NCBI GenBank assembly: GCA_009103225.1 | Contig: RHPI01002161.1 | Location: 173,044-237,043 of the forward strand | Source of the DNA: Chlorokybus atmophyticus | Taxonomy: Eukaryota > Plantae > Mesostigma and Chlorokybus algae | DNA length: 64,000 bases | Direction: 5' to 3' | In this document: positions 1-11,394 of the stretch, in pieces | How positions within the stretch are numbered: position 1 is the first letter of the stretch | Layout: the number at the start of each line of letters is the position of its first letter | Notes under the pieces: model-generated | The model's input: the letters and a program-made list of their open reading frames with translations, nothing else | Told to the model about the DNA's origin: nothing | The model's database searches: none | Made by a program: the position numbers and the translations under genes

Positions 1-699
1 TGTCATGCGCGTGCGTGTCGGTGGCGCAACGCATCGATTATGAGGGCTTTTGAGGTCATATTTCATGAGATAGAGCTGAGTTACGGTCATTACATCGCGG
101 TGTAACTCAATTACGCTGGTAGGACTCACATGTGACTGAAAATCGCTGGTTATGACTGATTTGGGAGTTGTATGGTAGTTGTGGCAGCTAAAGTGGTTAA
201 AACGGTTGTGGAGGCATGGTAGGAGGGTATGTAAGTGTTCTTGACTTGTGTTGCAGCTAGTTGAGCGCAAGTCCCTTGTTCTATTGGGAGCATACAGCTA
301 CTTGGAGAGGCCTCAACTTGCCTTGCTTGTGTGCTTGCCTTGAGTGTGCACGTGCATGGATATGCTTGTGTGAAGTGTATGAGCGTGTGCCACACCTTGC
401 GAACGGACTTAGCCTCATCTCCCCGTGCATCACATGCCAATTGCAAGTATAAAAGCCCGTGCTTGAGTCTAGGTTGGCTAAGACACGCGCTTGTTACTGT
501 AATGTAATACGCGCTTGTTGTGAGTGTTGTGTCATGTGTATGAGTATGTACACTAGTGGGGCAGCTTCGGGAGGATCCTGAGCTAGCAGACATGCATGGA
601 GGAAGCTACAACATGTGAAGGTGGAAAAGGTGCAGCATGATGAGGCCATGACGAGCTGGTGGACGACATCCTCGCGCAACGATAGGATTTGGCACGACA
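1..699 (+). mobile_element. LTR-like unit, copy 1 of a tandem array
   Basis: Starts TGTCATGC and ends GCACGACA (TG...CA with 7/8 inverted termini); TATAAAAG at 448-455; near-identical to 702-1414. The 5' end coincides with the window edge. Confidence 0.65.
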
Positions 700-701
700 G
701 C

Positions 702-1414
702 TGTCATGCGCGTGCGTGTCGGTGGCGCAACGCATCGATTATGAGGGCTTTTGAGGTCATATTTCATGAGATAGAGCTGAGTTACGGTCATTACATCGAG
801 GTGTAACTCAATTACGCTGGTAGGACTCACATGTGACTGAAAATCGCTGGTTATGACTGATTTGGGAGTTGTATGGTAGTTGTGGCAGCTAAAGTGGTTA
901 AAACGGTTGTGGAGGCATGGTAGGAGGGTATGTAAGTGTTCTTGACTTGTGTTGCAGCTAGTTGAGCGCAAGTCCCTTGTTCTATTGGGAGCATACAGCT
1001 ACTTGGAGAGGCTTCAAGACTTGGTTGGTCGTTGCCTTGCTTGTGTGCTTGCCTTGAGTGTGCAGCTTGCTTGGATATGCTTGTGTGAAGTGTATGAGCG
1101 TGTGCCACACCTTGCGAACGGACTTAGCCTCATCTCCCCGTGCATCACATGCCAATTGCAAGTATAAAAGCCCGTGCTTGAGTCTAGGTTGGCTAAGACA
1201 CGCGCTTGTTACTGTAATGTAATACGCGCTTGTTGTGAGTGTTGTGTCATGTGTATGAGTATGTACACTAGTGCGGCAGCTTCGGGAGGATCCTGAGCTA
1301 GCAGACATGCATGGAGGAAGCTACAACATGTGAAGGTGGAAAAGGTGCAGCATGATGAGGCCATGACGAGCTGGTGGACGACATCCTCGCGCAACGATAG
1401 GATTTGGCACGACA
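702..1414 (+). mobile_element. LTR-like unit, copy 2 of a tandem array
   Basis: Same termini as copy 1, separated from it by GC only. TATAAAAG at 1163-1170. Net 14-bp longer plus substitutions versus copy 1. Followed by G and an N-gap. Confidence 0.65.
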
Positions 1415-1897
1415 GNNNNNNNNNNNNNNNNNNNNNNNNNNNNNNNNNNNNNNNNNNNNNNNNNNNNNNNNNNNNNNNNNNNNNNNNNNNNNNNNNNNNN
1501 NNNNNNNNNNNNNNNNNNNNNNNNNNNNNNNNNNNNNNNNNNNNNNNNNNNNNNNNNNNNNNNNNNNNNNNNNNNNNNNNNNNNNNNNNNNNNNNNNNNN
1601 NNNNNNNNNNNNNNNNNNNNNNNNNNNNNNNNNNNNNNNNNNNNNNNNNNNNNNNNNNNNNNNNNNNNNNNNNNNNNNNNNNNNNNNNNNNNNNNNNNNN
1701 NNNNNNNNNNNNNNNNNNNNNNNNNNNNNNNNNNNNNNNNNNNNNNNNNNNNNNNNNNNNNNNNNNNNNNNNNNNNNNNNNNNNNNNNNNNNNNNNNNNN
1801 NNNNNNNNNNNNNNNNNNNNNNNNNNNNNNNNNNNNNNNNNNNNNNNNNNNNNNNNNNNNNNNNNNNNNNNNNNNNNNNNNNNNNNNNNNNNNNNNN

Positions 1898-4800
1898 CGC
1901 CACCACCACCGCCTCCCTCGCCCCCGCCCCTATTGCCTTCACCGCCTCCAACACCACCTCTACCACCTCCATCCCCGCCGCCTCCTCCTCCTCCCCGTCC
2001 TCCGCCATCACCTCCCCCACCTTCTCCACCTCCAAAACCTCCTCCTCCACCACCAAGTGTCAAAGCTCCAGCTCCGGCTCCACCACCTACGCCTTCTCCG
2101 CCGCCTTCACTTCCGCCACCTGTGTGGTTATGTCCCGCGGGGTGAGTAAGTGGTGATATGCTACATTATATTGGCACATGTGAATTTGCTTGACTAAAGT
2201 GACTTACTGTTGTTGCATGTGCAGTTACAACGTCGCTGCGACCATGTTCCTCATTACCGACGACTGGTGTCAGTACAACATTACTTATAACGCTCCTCAA
2301 AGTGGACACTACTTAGCTGTAATTTGGACCAAAACCAAGGAATCAGGGCGGAGCTACAGTGCACATCAGAGGTTTGCTTCTTTCCAACCACCTGATGAAT
2401 GCATGTACTGGCTACTATGTGTGCCTGATAATTAACATGGCATTTATGCACATGTAGCCGTTGATAACTCTGACAAGTGGGAAGTTGATGCCTTTTCGTC
2501 CAATATAGTGGTTGGCAATACTATGAAGTTCCATTTTGTCGTCGACGACAGCTTCGGCCTCACGGAACATGATGCTTCCGACATTACCTTTACGTTCACT
2601 GAGGTTTTTTCACCTCCAAGCCCACCGCCGCCAGTCGCACCTCTGCCATCGGAGGAGTTCGGGGGCCGCCGGCGCCTCTTAAGCATTCAGCCAATCACGA
2701 CCCATGTGGTTGACATTGTGGCTGCATCCGGTCACTACGACATTGAGTTCACTGGCTTGGTGGCAGGTTGGTACCAAGTGTACATTATGGTGCGCGGTAT
2801 TTTCCTTACAGGCATTGCCATGCCTCTTATCCTGCATGTCTCATGTGCTTTACCAAGCCCGCCTTTGCCCCGTCCTCCTCCGCCAGCTGCCCCACCCTTG
2901 CTGCCACCACCGAGCCCGTCACCGCTTCTGCTCCCTCTCACACAGGAACCATCTCCACCTCCTCTATACACGACGTCCCCACCACCACCACCGCCAGTTC
3001 GCTCACCACCTCCTGTACCACCCTCATCTCCGCCACCATCCACCTCACCTCCTCCGCCACCCGTGTCCGTACCGCAAGCCATCAAGCCCAACAACGCCAG
3101 CTTACTTACCACCGACGTTGTGCTCACACCAGCGCAAGCATCCCTCTCACTCTGTTAATCATTGGGCGCAACAGTTCAAACTTGCCAAACAGCGGTGGTG
3201 TCATCTAGGCAGTGCTATCACCAGGAGGTTTAATAGCGTTGTCCTTGCTGTACAACACTACCGCTGGCTTCTACGGCATTCAGTTCACCTCATTGACAGC
3301 AACAGGCATGTACCAGTTCACACTCACCATTGAAGGCAGCACTTTCATGTCTGGAACTTTTACCATCATCGCGGGTTCCGCCACTGCAGCTACATCTAAC
3401 ATTGAGATGCAAAGTCAGTACACTGCCGATAAGGTAGCAACACTGAAGATTGTCACCAACGATGCTTGGGGCAACCGCGTGCCACCTGCAAACACGCCAG
3501 CTTCCACTTTGAGTGCAATTTTCTCTCCGGCATTTACCTCCAGCAGCAGCATTAGCCCATCACCGGATGGCAGCTTCCTTGTGACGTTCACACCACCATC
3601 AACAGTGAGCGGCTACAGCGTAACTGCTTTATTAAATTACAGCACCATCGGCAGCACGAGCTTCACTGTCTCAACAATCTCCGCGGCCAGCAACTCTGTC
3701 CTGTTCGGCATCGGCTTAGCTGGCGGTGTTGTGGGCAAGCCGCAGTACGTCTTGATTTCACCCATAAATGGCTACAGTGTGGTTGAGAACTTCACCATCA
3801 CGCTCACGCTGAACTCAAGTGTCTCTTCAGCATCCTTGCCTTTGCCTCTGGCCTGTTGTCCAACCCGCAGGGCATCGGTGTATCTTCTCCTACAACGTGT
3901 CGGTTGTCGGCACCTATTTGTTGAAGGTAGCCATTGGCGACAACCTTGTGGGGGACAGCGCCATCAACATTGCCCATGGTGGCAGATGTGGTCACCCCCG
4001 CCGCTTCTAGCATCATCGTGCCGACATTGACAAATTACACTGCCGGCGCAGGCATAAATGCCATCGCACTTGTCTTGAAGAATGCGTACGGCAACCCCAC
4101 AACAGGCACTGGCATCAGTGTGACGTTCACTTTTTGCACCATCACTGTCTTTGGGACCACCTCCAAGCTGCCAAGCTGTGAGTGCGGTGATCACAATCAG
4201 CGGCACGTACATTGTCAATGCGTTGCATCAAGGCATGCCTTTGATTAGCTCCGGCAAGACGATCACCGTGATCCCGGCCAACCCGTCCCCTTCAGCTTCC
4301 ATTGTCAGTGGGTCCGGCACGAGGCACTGCTGGCAACATCCTCAGTGTCAATGCGTATGTATTTGATGCTTTCGGCCACGACATCGCCGTGTCTGCGCTC
4401 GATGTGAATGTGGCGGTGGTGAGAGCTGCCAACAATGCTACTACAGCCACGTCCGTCGCCACACCTCCGCCAACTGGCGCATACATCACCAGCTTCACAG
4501 TTGAAACCGTTAACGTTTATAACATCACTGTCATCGCTGGCAGCGTCCAGCTGGCCACTTTCAACATCAGAGTGTCCACGGTGGCTGTCAATGCCAGCAA
4601 GACTTTGGTTATTTGCAGCTCAATGGCCGGTCAGTCCAGCAGCTTCATTGTACAGCTGCGTGATCAGTACCTCAACAACGCAACGGCCACAGCAACGACC
4701 TTCTTCGACGGATCCTCCCTTGTGCTGCGCGGCGTGTTCACCACTGTGGGCCTGGGCGTCGCTTTGGCCATGACGCCAAGCAGTGCGGGCATGGTTGTCG

Positions 4801-7515
4801 CCACGTACATGTTGATGACTGCCGGCATTTACGACATCAAGCTTCGCATTCATGGTCAGACCATTCCAGAGCCGAGTATCCCTCTCTCTTTCACTGCCAA
4901 TGTACCAACCGCAGCCACATCCACCATGACAGTCTTCGGCCTCCCGACAGCTGGCCACGTTGGTTCCAACCTCCACGTTGGTGTCAGTATTAAAGACCTA
5001 TCCAGCAACGTTGTCTCTGGAAACGCGGTGAGTAAGACTTGTTCAACACAGGTTATTGCATGCTGATCTCCTTCCTATATATCTAACTTGAGTAACTAGT
5101 TTGCTGTTTGTGTCCTCAGAGCATTTTGACGGTTACAACGGCAATTATCTTCGGAGGTGGTGTCAACGCTGTTTCTACGCCCGTACCTGTCACATCCACA
5201 TTTAACAGCACCCTTCAGGCACACAATATCAGCATGACACCCACCCACGCCGGCACTCTCACCGTGAACATGCTCATCTCCGGCACTCCTCTTACCGGCA
5301 GCCTCTTCTCAAACTAATCCAGGCGGGCGCCACCTCTGCTTCACACTCCACCCTCTACGGCTCCGGGTTGTCCGGCGGCGTGTTAAACAACTCCGCCTTA
5401 TTCATCATAAGTGCGTTTGACATTGATGGAAATATGAAGGTTACCGGCGGTGACCCCTTCCGTGTGGCAGTCACTAATGCAGCCGGCAACAAGGCTGCCA
5501 CAGTTGTTGACAATAAGGATGGGAGCTACATTGTGACGTACACGCCCACGGGGGCTGGCACCATCTCTATCGCTGTGACTCTGCTGGGACTCTGCTGGGA
5601 AGCGCTGTGGCTAACAGCCCTGTCACAGCGACTGTGTTTGAGACAGCTGGCGTCATCGACTATGCACGCACGATAGTGACGGGTGCTGGACTGGCTGGTG
5701 CTTTCGCTGGAGATCCAGCCAGCTTCATCATCATTGCAATGGATGCAAGTTCCATCAACAAACCTCTGGTGGCGCTGTCTATCAAGTCACGTCTGAGCCC
5801 GCGCTAGAGTTCATCGTGACTGACCAGCAAGACGGCTTGTATACCGTCAACTATACCCCACAGATCGCTGGCATCTACAACCTCACCAGACTTCACTGGC
5901 ACCATCAAGACTGCAAGCGTAAGAGTCATACCCGGGCCAACCTCCAATAAGCACTCCAGCCTGGTTGAGGACTTACAGCCAACGTACACTGCGAGTGAAG
6001 CCTTGTTAGTTGGTCTTAAAACTCAAGACTCGTTTGGCAACAAGCAGCAGTACTCAACCGCGTACCCTGCCGATGATGTGTTCGTGACTGCAACCAACAT
6101 TGCCGGCAGCAGTGTCGCCACTGGCACTGCAACACTCAACAACGGCCAGTACCTTGTCAACGTCTCCATTAAGGAGCTAGGCACGTTCTTGTTGAGTGTC
6201 CTCATTGGCAGTGTGGCCATCACAGGCAGCCCATTTCCCATCACAATAGTTGCTGGGCCAGTATCCCCAGCTGCCACGACACTGAGCGTAGTGATTGGAG
6301 CAGCTCCTATTGTTGCCGGCAGTCCGGGCAGTATACCACTGCTGGCCCGTGACGAGTACGGTATCCCAATGAACAGTGTGGCCCAGTGCGAGGCCACCCT
6401 CATTAACACCATCGATGATGCTGTCAAATATCTGGACTGCGACCTCCCTTCGTTGACCATCAGCTACTCTGTAGAGAAGGCTGGCACATGCGAGCTTGAG
6501 GTGCGGGTGTCAAGCAATGAAACAGGCAATTCGGCACCGATCAAGGGCAGTCCATTCGCCGGCTTCAAGGTGGTACCGGCAGATCCCGATGTTGAGAGCT
6601 GCACAGTTAGTGGCGATGGCTTGGATTCTGCTATTGCGGGCGCCGTCGGCAACAGCATCCCCGTATCCGATACGGGAAGCTGCCAAGTCTTATACACTGT
6701 CTTCAATGCCAGCACGGCTACTGGCACCATCTTGTATGACGGAGTCATCACCAACGGCCAGTTCACAGCACAGATTGTTAGTATTGCTGGCCCGCCTGAC
6801 GCAGGGCAGTCCATTGCCACGGGTTCCGCCCTCAACAGCGTCGCCATTGCGGGGGAGAGTGTGATTGGATTCATCAGCCTGCATAATGTACAGGGCATTG
6901 CCATCAATATCAGCTATGGCGCTGACTTCGTGTCTGCGCTTGTCGCGCGTGACTCCGACGGCCTGCAGGTCTCTCAGCAGGTTGATAACAATGACGATGG
7001 CATGTATACTCTGAGCTTCACTGCCGTCAGCACGGGCGTGTACTCAGTGAGACCTCTCATTGATGGTGCCGCGCTCGGAGGCATGAACAAATCCTTCACC
7101 AACACCAACATGACGTGCGTCACGACAACCGCGCAGGTGTCAACTTCTCCTGGCAGCTACATTTTGGCTGGCTCGCCAATGACAATTACAATCACACCGA
7201 TTGATAGCTGTAGCAATGTCCAGGACAGAGTGGTCAGCAACGCGGACTTTACAGCATTGATTTTTCTTCTATTGCCACGGGCCAGTTGAATTGGCATGGA
7301 ATGCAAGCGCATCCCTACTGGACGCCAAGACGCTGTCCGGACTTTACAGCATTGATTTTTCTTCTATTGCCACGGGCCAGCCAGTTGAACTGGCATGGAA
7401 TGCAAGCGCATCCCTACTGGACGCCAAGACGCTGTCCGGCTCAGTGACACTATGCACACCGGGCAAGTATGTTGCATCCGTCACGCTTGAGAACATCAGC
7501 ACTTCAGAACATTAA
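1898..7515 (+). pseudogene. Large Pro-rich (SPPP-type) filamin/Ig-like repeat protein, frame-disrupted; 5' end lies in the gap
   Basis: Filamin-type motifs: VVDNKDGSYIVTYTP, TDQQDGLYTVNYTPQIAGIYNL, VDNNDDGMYTLSFTA..TGVYSV, GSPF. SPPP tracts at 1898-2120 and 2600-3070. GT-AG introns (2142-2224, ~2372-2457, ~5029-5120). Reading frame switches repeatedly, with an in-frame TAG at 3206. Confidence 0.8.
7243..7440 (+). repeat. Tandem duplication (~95 bp unit, second copy has an extra CCAG) inside the filamin-repeat pseudogene
   Basis: CGGACTTTACAGCATTG...GACGCTGTC occurs at 7243-7337 and again from 7338. Confidence 0.9.
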
Positions 7516-7521
7516 AGGGCA

Positions 7522-8351
7522 ATGCTCTTGCTTCAGAGCAGGGCGTGCGTGCCGAGTCATCGCCATTGAATATGAAAGACTATGCCATAAGACCTTACCT
7601 GCAGTGAGTGGACTTGATTATGGCATAATGCAAAGGTGTCCGACAACAAACGCAAGTTTGTCAAGACCGTTATTGCCTTCTTCGCCGCCAGCAACGGCAT
7701 CGTCGCAGGCAACCTCGTGAGGCCTTCTACGCGTACCGAATGTTCAACGAGACCGTGCACTTCAACACGTACAGCCTGATCATCGATACCTTGATGCACG
7801 ATGCAACAGAGCAGCGGCGCCTGTTCACTGCCATAGAGACGGACCATCCCATCAAGAAGGCGGGATGGGCGCTGCGCTGTATGGCGCCAGAACAACCGTT
7901 CGCCCACCGCCTCATGGCGTTCGCCTGCTCCGCAGCGTTCGCGGCCCTATTCTGACTGAAGAAGCGGGGCCTGTTGCCCCGGGTGACTTGCAGCAACGAG
8001 GCTACCTCCGCTTTCAAGCCGGACGCTTTGATTGTACAGGAAATTGTCTCGAGTGCAGTGGAAGCCGAGCTCACATTCGTCCGCGAGCCGCTACCTCAGC
8101 ACCTCGTTGGGATGAACGCCAAGACCATGGGGGAGTACGTGCGCTTCGTCGTACAGGCTGCTCGTCCCCAATTCGGCTACGAGTGCAAATACAGCGCCAA
8201 GAACCCCTTCGATTTTATGGAGGCTATAGGGTTGCAGCGCAAGACGAGCTGTTTCAAGAGGAGGATTGGGGATTACGCCAGGGCTTGCGACGTATCAAAG
8301 CCGTTCGACATGGTGTTCAATATTAAAACAGAAATGTTGCTATGTGGTTGA
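7522..8351 (+). pseudogene. Ribonucleotide reductase small subunit (class Ia R2), probably viral, inactivated
   Basis: RKFVKTVIAFFAASNGIVAGNL; NETVHFNTYSLIIDT; KKAGWALR; F*LKKRGLLP..TCSNE; MNAKTMGEYVRFV; KNPFDFMEAIGLQRKTSCFKRRIGDY. The ASDG aspartate reads N, the EGIFF and RDEGLH iron-ligand segments are missing, and there are stops and frameshifts. Start is approximate. Confidence 0.9.
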
Positions 8352-8408
8352 GCGCAATCTTGTTGCAACGGAAATGCAGTGCCGCACAAGCTCTTTTCCT
8401 AATGATGA

Positions 8409-8612
8409 ATGGAAGCGGATCTTGTTCACATGTGTTTCAAAACCCCGTGCATCATATTCTTTGTACAATGCCTCCGAGATGCTTTCCATGGTATGAAGAG
8501 CATGGCTCTCGCGTTGCTCGGGCTGGGGTTGGTCAAGGGTAGCAAGCAGAAGACTCTAGTCAACACGTACCAATACCTGGCGGAGCAAACACTCAGTTTT
8601 TCGGCAAGCTAA
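8409..8612 (+). CDS. Small hypothetical ORF within the viral block (67 aa), may be a remnant
   Basis: Fills the gap between RNR and the L1R-like gene; ends 5 nt before the ATG at 8618. No recognisable family. Confidence 0.3.
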   Translation: MEADLVHMCFKTPCIIFFVQCLRDAFHGMKSMALALLGLGLVKGSKQKTLVNTYQYLAEQTLSFSAS

Positions 8613-8617
8613 TCAAC

Positions 8618-9404
8618 ATGTGCGAGTCCCATGGCTCGACCACCCTTGATCAAATAGTTGCGGCCGGCGACACCGCCACGCAGCTGAAGTGCTTGCAGGT
8701 GGTACAGAAGTGTTTGTCGGGCCTCACGGGTGCCTCCTTGCAAGCGGCCCTCGATTCTTGCAAGGTCCACGACAACTCTATATCCATCTAATGTCACGCA
8801 GACCGGCACTTGAATCATAACCAGTTCTTGCCACATGACCAACGCTATGACCCAAGGCCTGGTCAACAGCTTCACCAATACGGTGCAGCAGAAGATGCAG
8901 TTGTCCACCGACGTGGTGTCCAACGACCGGTTCAACGCCATGGCGTCCGTGCTAGGCGGCAAGAAGACGACATTTACCGTCGACAACATGGACATTGAAA
9001 ACGTCCCAAATACCATGTATACGGTGGACAACGTCAACAAGTTCCTGAGCGAGATGTCTCAGAGCATGAACCAGCAGGTGTCCACTGGTTCTGCGACAGC
9101 TGCACCATTACGGACATTGTGTAGCAGACGCAAATCAACGCTATGGGCGAGATGGTCGTGTCCAACAACTTTTTCCAAACCGCGGTGGTGCAGTTCGCTC
9201 AGACGCTGTCGCATAATAGCAGAACGAAGAGAAGGGGATAATCTCGTCTCTGAACAACCTGTGCAGCGAGCTAACGAGCCCGTGGGTCATGCTGGCGGTG
9301 ACATGCATCGCATGCCTAGTGCTCGTTGTGGTCCTGTTGTACTTCAAAAACCGGGGCGGGGGCAAGACGTCCTTATTTCTTGCGGTGCATGTAGCGGCTC
9401 ATAA
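8618..9404 (+). pseudogene. NCLDV L1R/F9L-like (myristoylated) virion membrane protein, frame-disrupted
   Basis: Reconstruction across frames: MCESHGST...ISI/NVTQTGT*IITSSCHMTNAMTQGLVNSFTNTVQQKM...CDSCTITDIV*QTQINAM...GIISSLNNLCSELTSPW-MLAVTCIACLVLVVVLLYFK-NRGGG. This is an N/Q/T-rich ectodomain with sparse Cys and a C-terminal TM helix. Codon 2 is TGC, one base from GGC (Gly2 myristoylation site). Confidence 0.65.
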
Positions 9405-10823
9405 TGGTGGTGGGGGAAACGGTTTTTGGGCCGTTCGGGGCCAAGGCGGCTTAGGCGAACTCGCACGCCCTCATCAGCTGCAATCTCAATTATTACGTAA
9501 CCGCTGCGGCGGGCGTGTCTGGAGACGCGATTGATGGGATCACGTTGGTGACGTGCAAGAACGCCATGACCGGCCATGGTGACTATAACCGACACGACTC
9601 TGAGCACGAGCACTGGTGGCAAGACGCCCACGAGCTTCATGTGCCCGACGGGCTACGACGCCCTCAACTGCTTCCTGCTTGGCGCCGGCGACGATGTTAT
9701 GTTGCTCCGCTCGGTGTGCCGCAAGTGGAACAGCACCGGCCTTGCCGCATTAAACATGCCCAACTCTGCGATTGGCAACAAGGCCGGGATGAACTCGCAG
9801 GTGTGCGCCGGCGCGAACAATGCAATCTATGCGCTGGACGGCAACGCTCGGGACCGCAAGGGGACGCTGGTTAACAGGTGGTTCCTTTGCAGCGACTTGG
9901 GCCCGGTGCGGCGCTTCATAAACAACACGAGCGCTCAGGCCGCGTGCTCTGGGGTGGACCAGTCGCAGGAGTGCAAGGACGCCAAAAATTAATTAGGCAT
10001 GTTTCAATGCCCCCACACTATGGCCACGTGGTGCACCAAGGCGAATGCGGCCACCGACCCTTGGTGCCAGCGCTATTACAAGATTGTAGGGTTCGGCGAC
10101 CCGGACCTGCAAAGGCGCTGATCACGGGCGACGACTTGTTGTGCTGGCAAGGCGACAACTGGGCGGCCAACGCCATGTGTCAGGACGTGTGTTCCTTCCC
10201 GGTCGGGGACAAGGCGTACGGCTCTGTGGTCAAGGAGCGCTGCAATTGAAAGTCCTATCGGCCTGCAGCGGTGATAACTCCACCAGGCTGGATGCGTGCT
10301 ATTGCCCGTGCCAGGAGAGCGACATTACGGCGTTCGTCAAGATCCGAGAAGTCATGCCCCAGGCCATTTTCAACAATAAACCCCAATGCTCCATTAAGAG
10401 TGCGTCGATTTGGATTACCAGATGCGGACGTCGCAGAAGCGAGCTGCTTGTCAGGTCAACCAGTACGTTATGGCGAACGACCCCAATGACAGCACCATTC
10501 ATGACGTGTTCACCACATGCGACTCCACTGCCAACGCCTCAACTGATGGCAGTGAATCGACAGGCAGCAGCGCTGCTACCGCGAGCGCTGATGTGAGCCA
10601 GACGATGCCCTCGAGCGTTGCGACGCCGCAAACGCCGGTAACGCCGCCGCCGCCACCAACAACGACGCTGATGAGCTTGTTTGCGAGCTGGAAGTTGTGG
10701 CATTGGGCCTTGCTTGCCGGCATCAGCGTCGTCATGCTGATTGCAATGATATTCATGCCCCAGAATCGGGGAGGTCGCAACTCTGAAGGCGGCCACGGCA
10801 ACGGCAACAACGGTGGGCGGTGA
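9404..10823 (+). pseudogene. NCLDV A16/G9/J5-like Cys-rich membrane protein with a lectin-like N-terminal domain, frame-disrupted
   Basis: WCTKANAATDPWC and CQDVC repeats, then DACYCPC-x20-KPQCSI/ECVDLDY...AACQVNQ...IHDVFTTCD, a S/T/P stalk and a C-terminal TM (LWHWALLAGISVVMLIAMIFM). Stops at 9452, 9990 and 10247 plus frameshifts. Confidence 0.7.
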
Positions 10824-10839
10824 CCTTGAGATCCGCAAC

Positions 10840-11337
10840 ATGTCACACGCCTGTCCTGTCCAGCACCCTCATGGACGATCGTGTTGATGCCTAGTGGCAG
10901 AGGGACTAGAAGGCGGGACTGGTCTGCAATGTACCAGTCTTGCGCGCGTATGCTGGTAAACATCTGCCGCAGGGTGATGGGTGAAGTTGAGCACCGCCTT
11001 GTTCAGGGCGCTGACCTGGTCCTCCAGGAAGTCAAAGCGTTGATTCCCTTTTTTTTACGTAGATCGAGCGCATGAGGATGGCGAGCACGGTCTCGTTCAG
11101 CCTGCCTATCATAGCACATGATGTCCCGCCTCAGCTACCAGCGTGTAGCACGTTTTTCGCCCCGAAAAACGCCACGATGATGACGTCGGGGGAGCAGCGC
11201 GTTGCATGCAGGGCGGAGACGACGCCCAGCTCTAGCGCTTTGGCCTGCTAGTCCGGCGCCGCGCTCGACGGCGGCGTCGTGCGGATTGGTTGCACTCGGT
11301 TGTACGACATGAAGTCGAACGCGTCAATCATTATCAT
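10840..11337 (-). pseudogene. Unidentified intronless ORF remnant in the viral block, convergent with the A16/G9-like gene
   Basis: MIMIDAFDFMSY...D*QAKALELGVVSALHATRCSPDVIIVAFFGAKNV...LNETVLAILMRSIYVKK/QRFDFLEDQVSALNKAVLNF/FTSIRAQDWYIADQSRLLVPLPLGINTIVHEG. Protein-like across two stops and frameshifts. 3' end approximate. Confidence 0.5.
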
Positions 11338-11394
11338 CTGTCTATCTGTCGGCAACAATTTTTACTCAGTAGTTTGCAGCGCAGAAATCCTCTT

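Noticed and set aside
150-1308. Duplicated ORFs (147 aa, 121 aa etc.) in the first 1.4 kb
   Set aside because: They are incidental frames of the repeated LTR-like unit with no protein motifs.
1-1414. CRISPR-like or prokaryotic repeat array
   Set aside because: Units are ~700 bp with no spacers; eukaryotic context and no cas genes anywhere.
1209-2156. Long ORFs containing X runs (also 14404-15135 and 33901-34527)
   Set aside because: Artefacts of reading through N-gaps and the (AG)n repeat.
7522-8351. Functional host RNR small subunit
   Set aside because: Intronless, iron-ligand segments deleted, multiple stops, and embedded among virus-type genes.
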